This document shows, in pieces, positions 1 to 26,332 of a stretch of DNA of 64,000 nt; the first letter of the stretch is position 1, and every line of letters begins with the position of its first letter. The DNA lies in contig CAXHJY010000268.1 in assembly GCA_964016885.1 (NCBI GenBank), positions 16,762 to 80,761 of the forward strand, read 5' to 3'. The notes below the pieces were generated by a model. That model was not told the origin of the DNA and did not search any database. It saw only the letters and a list, made by a program, of their open reading frames with translations. The translations under genes were made by a program, and so were the position numbers. The DNA comes from Eledone cirrhosa (taxonomy: Eukaryota).

Positions 1-80
1 GCATGCCTATATCACCTCTCTGCACGACTGTGTCTGCACGCCTATATCACCTCTCTGCACGACTGTCTGTCTGCACGCCT
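1..80. repeat. ~34-bp tandem repeat (gcacgcctatatcacctctctgcacgactgtgtct-like), truncated by the window edge
   Basis: Two-plus copies directly visible. Confidence 0.85.
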
Positions 81-562
81 AACGAAATGTACAGATACAT
101 ATATTTTAAATAAACTTATATAATTTTTGCTTTTTTTTACGAAATATTTGCTTGTTTTACGTAGTCTTTAAATAGACTTGTTTTCAAGTAAAAATATTGT
201 TTTAAAAGGCTTTTAAATGGAAATGAAGCAAAACGGAAGCTTAGTGTTCGAACTGATGAATTTTGCAGGTCAATATTTTGCTGGCTCGACAACTGTTAAA
301 GCCAGCGTAATTTTTTACGTAAGACGCTCAATGTAAACAGAACAAAGGGAAATAACTGATCACTTACGCTCAAAAATCGATACATTATATTCGATTTCGT
401 CACATAGGGTGGGTCAATTTGAAATTTTTTTTTCCCGATGTCTTCGCTAGGGCTCAATGTACAAGTATAGCAATTTCGGTGCAATTCCGTGAGAGATTCT
501 AAGAGGAGATGTGTGCCAAAAATCGATAGACAAACAGACAACCACAGTTTTATATATATAGA
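1..562 (-). mobile_element. Probable non-autonomous Helitron, 5' portion (runs off the window start)
   Basis: Minus strand reads a|TCTATATATATAAAACTGTGGTTGTCTGTTTGTCTATC: a TC 5' terminus after a host A, then a TGTC-type microsatellite, as is typical of animal Helitron 5' ends. Internal ~34-bp tandem repeat at 1-80. The 3' CTRR end is not in the window. Confidence 0.6.
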
Positions 563-1469
563 TTATGTTAATTTATTTTATATAATATATTATATTATAT
601 TGTATTTTTTATTGTAATATTGATCCTTATTACTTACCGTTAATTATATGTAACATTATGATATGTTAAACTTTATATATCATGTAAGATGTTTGTACTT
701 TTGTACCATCAAAATTTTTTTGGGATATTGTACAATTTATTTTTCCTCACCTACTCTGTAACCCAGTATGAATTGATTTGTTAACTTGAGCACCTTTATA
801 TTGTTTATTATAAATGTTAGTATATTGTATATTGTAAATGTTAATATATTATTATTATATTATTATTGTGACATCTATATTGTTTGTGTAAATTAACCGG
901 AGATTATCTATTCTATTATATTGTATTATATAGTATATAATTGTATTATTTATTATATGTGCTACTTATAATTATATCATATTATTACCTCATGTATATT
1001 GGGTAGATGTATTGGTATTATTATTATTATTATTTTCATTCCTATCATGCTTATTTTTATATTCAAACTCTTAAGGTTTAATTTGTGCAGTTGAAGATGG
1101 ATGTGTGTATTGTTGTATGTGTATGTGTGTGTACGTGTGCGCACATATATACATATGCATATTATACCTTTTGATTTTTATTGTAATTTTAATGTTGGTA
1201 AAGGTATATTATATTATATTATATTATATTACATTGTATTATATATAATTCCTGCTCTATATAACCACCTTTGTTTAGCTCGAGTTTTTTTTTGCTTTGG
1301 ACTATATTTGTAATATGGTACTTAATGTTATATACATCTTTAGTAATTTTTATTATATATTTTTATTATTTTTATTATATATTTTTGCAATACTTTAGTG
1401 TATGTACACTCCATATTCTTCGGAGCTTCCGGCTTGTATCTGCCGATATTACTTCTTGTTGTTTTAATT

Positions 1470-1507
1470 GCCCTGACGAGTCCTTAATAGGATGAAACAT
1501 TGTCGGC
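1470..1507 (+). ncRNA. Minimal type I hammerhead ribozyme (PLE-type)
   Basis: GCC CUGACGA GUCC-uuaaua-GGAU GAAA C-auu-G UC GGC. Full core, stem I GCC/GGC, stem II 4 bp, stem III 2 bp, GUC triplet with predicted cleavage after 1504. Confidence 0.8.
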
Positions 1508-1555
1508 TAGTAAACACTTTTGATGTATTGAAGGCTTCTTTGTTTTCCTCTCTTA

Positions 1556-7683
<6,128 letters not shown>

Positions 7684-8104
7684 AGATTTTGAGTTTATGT
7701 TGGTTGTATACCAACACCTCAGTATGCAGGCTGAGCACTCGACGAAGTGCGCAGGTTGGTTTGGTTACTCCGGAGTAGTGTAAAATAAAGTTAAATAAAA
7801 GTCAAATGATTAAAATTTAGCTTCGTTTATTACTGCTATATATATTTCAGTGACAGCCATCTTTGGCTGTGACCTCTTCAGGCAGTTTGAATTAGTATGG
7901 TATAGACAAGTACATATGTTGTTTAGGTGTATGATATTGTCAATACTCTGATATGCCCAGTTCCTTGTTGGGTTGTTAATTCACTGGGAACTGGAGTCAT
8001 ATCATATTTCAGTGACAGCCAAAGATGGCTGTCACTGAAATATATATAGCAGTAATAAACGAAGCTAAATTTTAATCATTTGACTTTTATTTAACTTTAT
8101 TTTA
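7684..8104 (-). mobile_element. PLE-like non-autonomous element with inverted terminal duplication
   Basis: 7781-~7870 is the reverse complement of ~8015-8104. Contains a hammerhead on the minus strand and a unique tail at 7684-7780. Embedded in TA microsatellite on both sides. Confidence 0.7.
7833..7885 (-). ncRNA. Minimal type I hammerhead ribozyme
   Basis: Minus strand: CUGC CUGAAGA GGUCACAGCC-aaagau-GGCUGUCACU GAAA UAUAUA UA GCAG. Stem I 4 bp, long stem II with one mismatch, palindromic AU-only stem III. Confidence 0.75.
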
Positions 8105-8151
8105 TATATATATACATATATATATACATATATATATATACACACACATAT

Positions 8152-8192
<41 letters not shown>

Positions 8193-8370
8193 ATATATAT
8201 ATATATATACATATATATACACACATATATATATACATATATATATATACACACATATATATATATATACATATATATACACACATATATATATACATAT
8301 ATATATATACACACATATATATATATATATACATATATATATACACACATATATATATATATATATATAT
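8105..8370. repeat. (TA/CA) microsatellite, tail of the adjacent RTE-derived element
   Basis: Directly visible. Confidence 0.95.
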
Positions 8371-8976
8371 GGTGGCTGCCAACTCGTTTTCGAGTACGGC
8401 CACTACTTTATATCCATGTAGGAGTACCCCTACCGATGCGCTGAACGAGTGTGACTTTTTAGTCCAGCCAGCGACTTGAAAACTCTGGTACAAACACTAC
8501 ACTTGTGACAATTATTGACACAGTGCTTTGGCCTTTGGTACCATGTGACGACAAGTGCAGAGAGATCTCCAGATACAAAGCAATGCCTGTGCCGTGAAGC
8601 TTTTATAGTGAGCAAAGGCACTGCACTAAGCCAGTCCCCACTCTCTTAACCAAGATGATATTTACCAAAAAGAAGAACAAGTCAACATCATTGGATACCA
8701 TCAGGGTTGCAGGTGTTATATCAGAGTTTTCCTTCTCCTAGAATTCTGCCTCGACAAAGGCTAAGGGGTCATCTCTCCCAGTGATTTTGGATGGCCATTG
8801 ACTCTTAAGAGCTCCTTTGCCTTTTGACAGGTTTGTTTTTAGTCCTGCAGGATGTCCAAAGATACCCTCCTCACCAAGAAACCTTGGTGGGGTTGCCAGT
8901 TTAGTCGCCAACGACCCGACCATGACACAGGTTGTACTGGGATACATGTTACCATAGCACCAAATGGTGACCTGAC
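8371..8976 (-). mobile_element. Bipartite (internally deleted) non-autonomous RTE element, longest copy
   Basis: The 5' part has the RTE 5'UTR-like motif CTAGGAGAAGGAAAACTCTGAT. The 3' part encodes [22 protein letters not shown] (C2H2 finger as at RTE ORF C-termini), then a CTCG-AAAA-CGAG stem-loop and an (AT)n tail. Two more copies are in the window. Confidence 0.8.
8896..8958 (-). ncRNA. Candidate HDV-like ribozyme at the element's 5' end
   Basis: P1 GCUAUGG/UCAUGGU (G1-U wobble), P2 CCAG/CUGG, P3 UAC/GUG, L3 AACCU, GG for P1.1, P4 UCG-uugg-CGA, J4/2 CUAA. L3 is shorter than canonical. Confidence 0.5.
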
Positions 8977-17408
<8,432 letters not shown>

Positions 17409-17493
17409 AATGTTGATCTAATTGTCCGGCTCCTTAAATTTAATGTGTGTGTATATATATGTGTGAGTGTGTGCGTTGTATGTATAATATATA

Positions 17494-17833
17494 CATCACC
17501 ACCATTTCATTTTACGTCTGCTTTTTCCCTGCTTGCAAGGGTGGGACGGGAACTGATGCTGGCTTGATTTCTACAGCTGGATGCCCTTCCTAACACCAAC
17601 CTCATTTACAGTGAGTGCTGGGTGCTTTTTTGCTGTGGCACCTTCATGACCACTTTGCAGTGGAATGATATGGACCCCAGTCCCTATCATCTCATTTCTA
17701 CAGCTGAGTAAACTGGAGCAATGTGAAATAAAGTGTCTAGCTCAAGGAAACAACACATCACCCGGTCTGAGAATTGAACTCACAACCTTTCGATTGCAAG
17801 GCCAATGCTCTAACCACTAAGCCATGTGCCTCC
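17494..17833 (-). mobile_element. tRNA-derived SINE family A (CORE-like centre, RTE-type tail)
   Basis: Reverse complement of the copy at 26333. A box TGGCTTAGTGG, B box GAGTTCAATTC, (TGA)n-type tail. Confidence 0.9.
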
Positions 17834-17888
17834 ATTATATATATATAAATAAAATGTGCGTGTGCATGTATGTATGTATACTCTGATT

Positions 17889-18211
17889 GTATCCAATGAT
17901 GTTGACTTGTTCTTTTTGGTAAATATCATCTTGGTTAAGAGAGTGGGACTGGCTTTGTGCAGTGCCTTTGCTCACTATAAAAGCTTCACGGCACAGGCAT
18001 TGCTTTATATCTGGAGATCTCTCTGCACTTGTCGTCACATGGTGCCATGGGCTCAGCACTATGTGTCAATAATTGTCACAAGTGTAGTGTTTGTACCAGA
18101 GTTTTCAAGTCGCTGGCTGGACTAAAAAGTCACTTGTTCAGCGCATCAGTAAGGGTTCTCCTACATGGATATAAAGTAGTGGCCATACTCGAAAACGAGT
18201 TGGCAGCCACC
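17889..18211 (+). mobile_element. Bipartite RTE element, 5'-truncated copy
   Basis: Highly similar to the reverse complement of 8371-8698. Confidence 0.9.
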
Positions 18212-18349
18212 ATGCATGCATGCATGTATGTATGTATATTAATAAAAAGAATTCCAACTTTGATTTACTCGTTTTATTTACAATCCTTTAAAAATATAAT
18301 GATATTGTAATGAAATAGTATGGTAGAATATTAAATGTTAAGTGTTAAT

Positions 18350-18388
18350 TGAACAAGTACTTTCATGCTTTCGCAATCTTCAGGTTCA
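18350..18388 (-). ncRNA. Minimal hammerhead ribozyme (left arm)
   Basis: Exact reverse complement of 18461-18499. Confidence 0.65.
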
Positions 18389-18460
18389 TATTCTGTGGTG
18401 ACAGTCAAGTTTACAATTTTCACAGTTGAAAATTGCAAACTTGACTGTCACCACTGAATA

Positions 18461-18499
18461 TGAACCTGAAGATTGCGAAAGCATGAAAGTACTTGTTCA
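18461..18499 (+). ncRNA. Minimal hammerhead ribozyme (right arm)
   Basis: UGAAC CUGAAGA UUGC-gaaa-GCAU GAAA G-ua-C UU GUUCA. Stem I 5 bp, GNRA-capped stem II with a U-U closing mismatch, palindromic AAGUACUU stem III. Confidence 0.65.
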
Positions 18500-18649
18500 A
18501 TTAACACTTAACATTTAATATTCTACCATACTATTTCATTACAATATCATTATAATGTTAAAGGATTGTAAACAAATCAGACAAAGTTGGAATTCCTTTT
18601 ATTAATATAATCTTCTATACACAATCATACACATCCATGTATATTTATT

Positions 18650-18705
<56 letters not shown>

Positions 18706-18954
18706 CAGTATAGTGCACTATTATTATGGTGTAGTCACTATTTACTTTTCATTGTGGGACTAAACTATGTTTATAAAAGAGGTGTACTTTACATTTCAAA
18801 CTATGTATATTTATATACACACATCTATCTATATATGTGTGCATATGTGTGTGTTTCTGTGAGTGTATAAATATACGTTTTGAAATGTAAGCTAAACCTA
18901 TGCAACTTAGCAGGCCTCCTACAGGGTTTTATCTCATGAGACCTTTCTCAGGTA

Positions 18955-19320
18955 TTTTAATGATAAGGGCTCTCAGTTCTTTATATATAAATTAAATAGG
19001 GTCCGTCAGTTCTTTTGTATATTTTAATAAGGCCCGCAATTCTGATATTTTAATAAGGTCCCTCAGTTCTTTTATATATATTTTAATAAGGTTCCTCTGT
19101 TCTTTTATATATATTTTAATAAGGCCCTCAATTCTTATATTTTAATAAGGTCCGTCAGTCTTGTATTTTACTAAGGTCCGTCAGTCTTTTATATATTTTA
19201 ATAAGGGTCCTGTTCTTTTATATATATTTTAACAAGGCCCTCAATTCTTTTATATATTTTAACAAGGCCCTCAATTCTTTTATATATTTTAATAAGGTCC
19301 TCAATTCTTTTATATATATA
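18955..19320. repeat. Degenerate ~30-35-bp AT-rich minisatellite (tatattttaataaggccctcaattctttta)
   Basis: Roughly ten diverged copies. Confidence 0.85.
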
Positions 19321-19489
19321 TATATATATTTGGTTTTTAGAATAGGTATAATGTAACCCTGTATGCCACAAGAGACAACTGCAACAAAGTGTTGAAATCA
19401 GCCATACCAACATAGAAAAAGCAGACATAAAAATTATGACAATGACATCATATTTGGCAGTTTACTAAATATATTTGTCTATAAATCAC

Positions 19490-19790
19490 TTCAGTAAATA
19501 AGTCACACTTCCATATTACATACATTTACAGTATACCATATATTTTAAATTGCAGTTTTGTAGGTCCAGTAGATAAGTCACACCTCCATATTACAAACAA
19601 CATTTACAGAATATCATATATTTTAAATTGAGGTTTGTTGGTCCAGTAAATAAGTCACCTCTATTTTACACACATTTACAATGTACTATATATTTTGTAG
19701 GTTCTTTAGATAAGTCACACCTTCATTTTATACAGAACATATACAATATACCATAGTTTGAATTTAGGTTTTTAGGTTCAGTAAATATGC
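19490..19790. repeat. Degenerate ~70-78-bp tandem repeat (agtaaataagtcacac...)
   Basis: About four copies of the taagtcac-anchored unit. Confidence 0.75.
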
Positions 19791-20051
19791 AGGTTTTTCA
19801 TGTATTCTTGTAGGCAAATATGTGACTCAATATACGTGTATATTGTAAAGTACAATATACATTTTATTTTAACATTGGTTACTGTTTCACACACACACAC
19901 AATTGACTTTGGTTTGAATGTGTCAGTAGCTGTTATTTTACTTTCTATCAAACATGTCTGGCAACCCATCTAACTGAGCAACAACTCTGAATAAAAACCT
20001 ACTTGGACCTTAACCTGTCAAATCCATACTTTCATAGAAACTGGATATATT

Positions 20052-20478
20052 ATGATGGCAATGGTGGTGATGATGATGATGGTGGTGGTGATGGTGGTGG
20101 TGATGGTGGTGGTGATGGTGATGATGATGGTGGTGATGATGATGATGGTGGTGGTGATGGTGGTGGTGATGGTGGTGATGATGGTGATGGTGGTGATGGT
20201 GGTGATGATGGTGGTGGTGATGGTGGTGATGATGATGGTGATGATGATGGTGGTGGTGATGGTGATGATGGTGGTGGTGATGATGATGGTGGTGGTGATG
20301 ATGATGATGGTGGTGATGGTGATGGTGGTGGTGATGATGATGCTGGTGGTAATGGTGGTGGTGATGATGATGCTGATGGTAATGGTGGTGGTGATGATGA
20401 TGCTGGTGGTAATGGTGGTGGTGATGATGATGCTGGTGGTAATGGTGGTGGTGGTGATGATGATGCTGATGGTAATGA
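20052..20478. repeat. (GGT/GAT)n trinucleotide low-complexity tract
   Basis: Directly visible. Confidence 0.95.
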
Positions 20479-20959
20479 TATTTTCACACACAAACAGACA
20501 CTCACTCACTCACACACATATATATATAATCATAAAACAAACATGAAGAAAATAAATTGAAAATTAAAATTAAGTATTTGATTAAAGATAGTTGACACCT
20601 CATTTCCAATGTGTTTTATACAGACATCAGTTAAATTCAAAACAAAAATCCCACTAACTTGTTTTAAGCTGAGACCTAACTAATTATCTTAAAATCTGTA
20701 AAGTAATTAATGGATGTTATTGACAGGAATAATTAACAGTCATGAGAATGTTGGATAATGTACTGGGGTTGACTCTTCCTCTATCTCTCTTTCTCACTCT
20801 TAATCCTTCTCTGGAAGAAATCTGTTGTGTTCAGACATGGAGAGGAATGGGTTCTGCCTGGCTTAAAATATCCAAGAAATGCTGTATGTCACTATGGTGT
20901 CCCTAGGACTCCATCGGGAGTTACAAGACCATATCGTACCAGTACTATGACTGTATATT

Positions 20960-21380
20960 ATAGTCTTAATTACTGCAAATTTTCACAACTATTTGTTCCA
21001 CTAGTTAAAATACTATAAACATTTGCATTAACAAACCATATTAGCAAGTCATTCTTGAAAAGTACTAAACAACCCTATAACTGTCACATTAAATATTGAA
21101 GTCTTCATTGTAATACTGTACATTTTCACAACAATCTGTCCACCAGTAAAGATACTATAAACATTTAGTAAAAAACAACACTGACTACATCAGATTAAAT
21201 ATTAAAGTCTTTGTAATACTGTACATTTTCACAACAATCTGTCCACCAGTAAATATACTATAAACATTTAGTACAAAATAACACTATCACTACATCACAT
21301 TAAATATTAAAGTCTTTGCTGTAATACTGTACATTTTCACAATAATCTGTTCCTTAGTTAAGAGATTGTAAACATTTGAA
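20960..21380. repeat. Degenerate ~105-140-bp tandem repeat
   Basis: Recurrent gtaatactgtacattttcacaacaatctgtcc...atactataaacattt. Confidence 0.8.
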
Positions 21381-21479
21381 GTAATAAAAGCGATTTTAGG
21401 ACATATTCTACTAAATCATTACAGAATGTAAAGAGTTTAAGGGTTTTAGTACCACATGAAACTGGCAGAAGTTCTGGGC

Positions 21480-22530
21480 TGTGGTGGTAATAGTAGTAGT
21501 GATAGTGGTAATAATGGTAGTGGTGGTGGTAATAGTAGTAGTGGTGTTAGTGTAAGTTGTGGTGGTGGTAGTAGTAATAATGGTAATAGTAGTAGTGGTG
21601 GTAATATAAGATAGTATTGACAGTGGTGATAGTGGTGGTGGTGGTAGTGGTGGTAATAGTAGTGTAAGTTGTGATAGTGGTAATAATGGTAATAGTAGTA
21701 GTGGTGGTGGTAGTGGTAATAGTAGTGATGGTAATTATATAGGAGGGCTTAACGATGGACAGAGGAATAATTAGAAGTAAGTAATCTCCACTAGTAATTT
21801 CCAAAACAATTAACATGAATAACATGTCATTTGAACAACACCCCTCCACTCTACCACAATACCACCCACCAACCCCTGGAATATAAACACTTTAATAACA
21901 ACTGTGGGGCTGAATATATGACCAATCAGATGGTTATGGAGGTGGTGGTGGTGGTGGTGGTGGTGGTGAAGATGGGCGAGATGGTGGTGGTGGTATTGGA
22001 GGTGGTGGAGATGGTGGTGGAATTAGAAGTGGGGAATTAGAAGTGGTGATGGCGTTAGTGGTGGTGTAAGTGGTGTTGGTGGTGATAGCGGTGGTGGTGT
22101 TGATGGTGATAGCGGTGGTGGTGTTGATGGTGATAGCGGTGGTGGTGTTGATGGTGATAGCGGTGGTGGTGTTGATGGTGATAGCGGTGGTGGTGTTGAT
22201 GGTGATAGCGGTGGTGGTGTTGATGGTGATAGCGGTGGTGGTGTTGATGGTGATAGCGGTGGTGGTGTTGATGGTGATAGCGGTGGTGGTGTTGATGGTG
22301 ATAGCGGTGGTGGTGTTGATGGTGATAGCGGTGGTGGTGTTGATGGTGATAGCGGTGGTGGTGTTGATGGTGATAGCGGTGGTGGTGTTGATGGTGATAG
22401 CGGTGGTGGTGTTGATGGTGATAGTGGTGTTGATGGTGATAGTGATAGTGGTGTTGATGGTGATGATGGTGGAGGTGATGGTGGTAGGTGTGATAGTATT
22501 GGAAGTGGTGGAGATGGTGGTGCTGACAGT
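21480..22530. repeat. (GGT/AGT) tracts including a perfect 24-bp minisatellite ggtgatagcggtggtggtgttgat (~22081-22423, ~14 copies)
   Basis: Directly visible. Confidence 0.9.
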
Positions 22531-22559
22531 ATTCTAGTAGAAGAAAGAAACTGATCAGC

Positions 22560-22745
22560 AGATCAGACCAAGGACAAAATCCTCATAGACCTTTCCGCAT
22601 GTTATTTATTCTCTGCCAGTCCCAACACCTGGTAGAAGTGTCACCACTTTTCCATTAGCAGGAGGTGGGATTTGAACTCAGAATACACAGAACCAGAACA
22701 AATACCACAAAACATCCCGCCTGATCCTTTATTAATTCTGCCAAT
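22560..22745 (-). mobile_element. Old diverged SINE (family B-like head)
   Basis: gggatttgaactcagaa (B box on minus strand) and ttctgccaa. Confidence 0.55.
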
Positions 22746-22759
22746 CTCACTCTGATCGA

Positions 22760-22992
22760 TCAACAAGATCCCAGACCTCATTCACTTGCCGAGTGGGGTG
22801 GAATCATCAAGTTGGACGAAAGAAACAATGTTTCCATTACTGATACTATTTACCAGCTGCAACTCCTGGCAGAAGGAGCAGCGTGAAATAAAGTCTGTTG
22901 CTCAAGGACACAACACATCACTTGATCCAACAATTGAACTTGCAACCTCATAATTGTGAATCCAACTCTCTAACCACTAAACCACACACCTC
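22760..22992 (-). mobile_element. tRNA-derived SINE family C
   Basis: Head like family A; body matches the reverse complement of 54236-54450 (gctccttctgccaggagttgc ... ggtctggga). Confidence 0.75.
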
Positions 22993-23201
22993 TACCAACC
23001 CCCAACCTCACAACCCATGAATGGTAGTTTATTTATTAACACTGAAAGTATGAAAAACCAAATTGACCTCAACAAGATAGGAATTTGGAGCAGAGAGAGC
23101 CAGAACAAATACCTAGGCATTAGTTGATATGAAGCATTGTGAGATATGTAATAAATGACTAAGTTTCAGAAAGCCAGTAGGATGTGGTAGAAATATATAA
23201 A

Positions 23202-23449
23202 GGGCGAAGGATGGCAAGTAAAACAAAACAAAGTAATGTTTTACCCAGTATATTTGAACATATTTACCCTATTTTCAAATATGAAACTAAAACAGTTCAA
23301 AACAAAAACGAATAATCAATGAGTTCTCTAACTGGTTGATTTCTTTAAAATATGTACGCATTTTCTTTTTCTGTTTCACATTTGAAAAGAGTGTAATATA
23401 CTGGGTAAAACATTACCAAGGCGTTAATTTGCTGCCTATCTGCCACCCC
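23202..23449. mobile_element. MITE-like fold-back element
   Basis: gtaatgttttacccagtatatt (23233) pairs with aatatactgggtaaaacattac (ends 23416). There is an inner ttttcaaatatgaaac/gtttcacatttgaaaa pair and degenerate GGG...CCC outer ends. Confidence 0.65.
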
Positions 23450-24254
23450 AATAATGTAGAACTATGAATAAAAAGTTATGATGGAAGGCAATCATCATCA
23501 TCATCACCACCTCCACCTTTGATTTTCTCTGCCTGCATGGGTTAACCCAAGTCCTCTCCAGTACATCTCACCAAATCTTTCTTTCTTCGCTTGTGAGATG
23601 TAGTTAGAGGTCAGCTTACATCAGCCCTACATGGGTAAAACCAAGTCCTCTCTAGTTCAGCATCTCAACACTTATCTGTCTATTGCAAAAAGGCACCAGA
23701 GTTTTTAAGTGGCCACTTGATATAGTGTGAAGGAGAGGGAATGAGTGATGGTGGGTATGAGTGAGAGAGAGGGGGGGGGGTTAGATAGAGGAAGGGGGAG
23801 ACCAGTTAAGTGGATACTTTACATACCTCTAGTTGAATATATGAGGCTGGCTAGTGTTTAGTCAACCTCTTTATGTACCATGGCAGTATATGGCAGTGGC
23901 TGGTGTGTCTGACTAACCACCATGTGATAGGGCCTAGTATGTATGTAGTGACCTCCATGTAAATGTCTGTTGTGTGACTGACCACTAAGTGACAGTATTT
24001 GTTGTAGAGGTCACCTCTGTGTGATTATTGGGCAGTTGGTATTGCTGTGGTTGAAATGATCAATGTGGGGAGTGACAATCTCTGTTGTAAAGGTCGCATC
24101 TATACGTTTTCATTAGTTTGTTGATATAAAATACACAGACTTATCATTTTCAACATGTTCTTCCATAAAGACCAGTCCACTATTTCCAACAATGAACAAT
24201 CTACTTTCCACAGGTCTGTATCTATAACAACCCTCAAAGGATGAAAGGCCAACT

Positions 24255-24590
24255 TGCCTACATGTGATGTGATGTTGCAAGGTGGTGGTGTGACATGGAT
24301 GGTGGGTAAATTGTATGATGCCTACATGTGATGTGGTGTGGCATGGTGGTGGTGTGACATGGATGGTGGGTAAATTGTATGTCTACATGTGATGTGGCAT
24401 GGTGGTGTGACATGGATGGTGGGTAGATTATATGATGTCTTCATGTAATGTTGCATGTTGGTGGTGTTGAGACATAGCCAGTGGGTAGATTGTATGATGT
24501 CTACATTGAGGTAACATGGATGGTGGGTAGATTATATGATGTCTACATGTGATGTAATGTTGCATGTTGGTTTGAGATGAATGGTGGATG
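24255..24590. repeat. Degenerate ~55-65-bp minisatellite (ctacatgtgatgt...gacatggatggtgggtagattgtatgat)
   Basis: About five to six copies. Confidence 0.85.
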
Positions 24591-25298
24591 CAAAAACTAT
24601 ATTTGATGGCTGGAGAGAAACAAATGGAGTATGTTCTAACCACTCTACCAATTTACCATTTCATACAATTCCTTCATTTCTCCAAGACAAACAAATAAAA
24701 TCAGCACTAATGGCAGTTTGATCCAATATATACCTACCTACCAACCCTTCTACCTACCTACCAACCCTCCTACCTACATACCTACCCGCCCACCTATCTA
24801 ATGAGTATAAAAAATCATCTGCTCGTTAAATTAATCAAGTCAGACAAAAGACTAAATTTATTCAAAAGAAAAAAGAAGATAATGGGAAGGGGGGGGGGGT
24901 TAGATTCAATTAGAACTGATAAATGGAAGTGTGGCTTGGGATTCATTTTAAAGATGACCCAGTTATTCAGATTCTATTAAAAGACAAGAATGGAAAGTCT
25001 TTTTTTCTATGGCATTGTAGACTATAGTTGTGTAGAGGAATGGAAGACAAGGAAAAAGTAGAAAATATCAATATGTAAGGAAAGAAGTGTAAGAGAAGCT
25101 GAAGAACAGAAGGTGGCATCTATCTTGGAGAATCATATATACATATATATATATATACATGCATACATACATACATATATATATATACAGAGAGTGAGAG
25201 AGATACTTAGATACAAATAGACAGAGAGATTGATACTTAGTTACATATAGATAGATAGATACTAAGTTACATAGAGAGGGGGGGGAGAGATTTAGATG

Positions 25299-25330
<32 letters not shown>

Positions 25331-25831
25331 CTTAGATACATGTAGAGATAGATACTTAGATATATATATAGAGATAGAGAAGAGATAAAGAGATAGAGAC
25401 ATACATAGAGATGAGGGTAGATATATAATTACACTCTTAAGTTAAAACACCATTAGGTTCATTCACTACATTTATTTGTGTCCAGCAATGAGATGTACTA
25501 GCACGCCATATGGAACTTTCCAGTACAAGGAGGCAAAATCCTGCTGACGACGCAGTTCCCCGCCAAATTACATAATGCATACTAACATTACTTAATTTCT
25601 GCACCTGGTGGCTCCACTCAGACCACTGCTAGCAGATTGGAATTGTAGAAACTGATGCATCGGTCCGAGTATCTCAATTTTCTTATCCACACGAAATCGT
25701 CTTCCTCTCTGATTAACGTATAAGTGTACACTCTAATCAGTTGGGTTTGAATTTTAATATGGACTTAATTAGATTATTGAGCGTGTGAAGAAACGACCGA
25801 AACTGTGTCCATTCTATTTGATAAGATTTAT

Positions 25832-26137
<306 letters not shown>

Positions 26138-26164
26138 GTGTATATATAAATATATACATATATA

Positions 26165-26265
26165 ACGAAGGAATTGTGGTAAGGAACCAGATGGACCATA
26201 ACGCACCAGAGTACTCAATACTTAGGGTAGTAGAGTGGGTAATAGGAAAAAGTATACTTTTTCCT
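26165..26265 (-). mobile_element. Short PLE-like terminal fragment between TA tracts
   Basis: Unique 100 bp bounded by (TA)n. Carries GAGTACTC ~44 nt from one end and a small hairpin taggaaaaag-ta-tacttttccta at the truncated end. No hammerhead retained. Confidence 0.4.
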
Positions 26266-26295
26266 ATATACATATATATACATATATATACATAC

Positions 26296-26329
<34 letters not shown>

Positions 26330-26332
26330 ATA

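Larger units (their letters stand above)
18235..18609. mobile_element. ~375-bp near-perfect palindrome of a PLE-like pLTR fragment
   Basis: Arms are reverse-complementary around a 4-nt loop at 18423-18426; each arm carries a hammerhead. Confidence 0.8.

Noticed and set aside
8430-8621. C2H2 zinc-finger gene
   Set aside because: Single finger within a multi-copy retroelement end; the frame is disrupted in another copy (18029).
20003-20560. Gly/Asp-rich, Pro/Ser-rich or Met/Val-rich ORFs
   Set aside because: Trinucleotide tract open in most frames, with no domain or splice support. The same holds for 22070, 28419-30268 and 35401.
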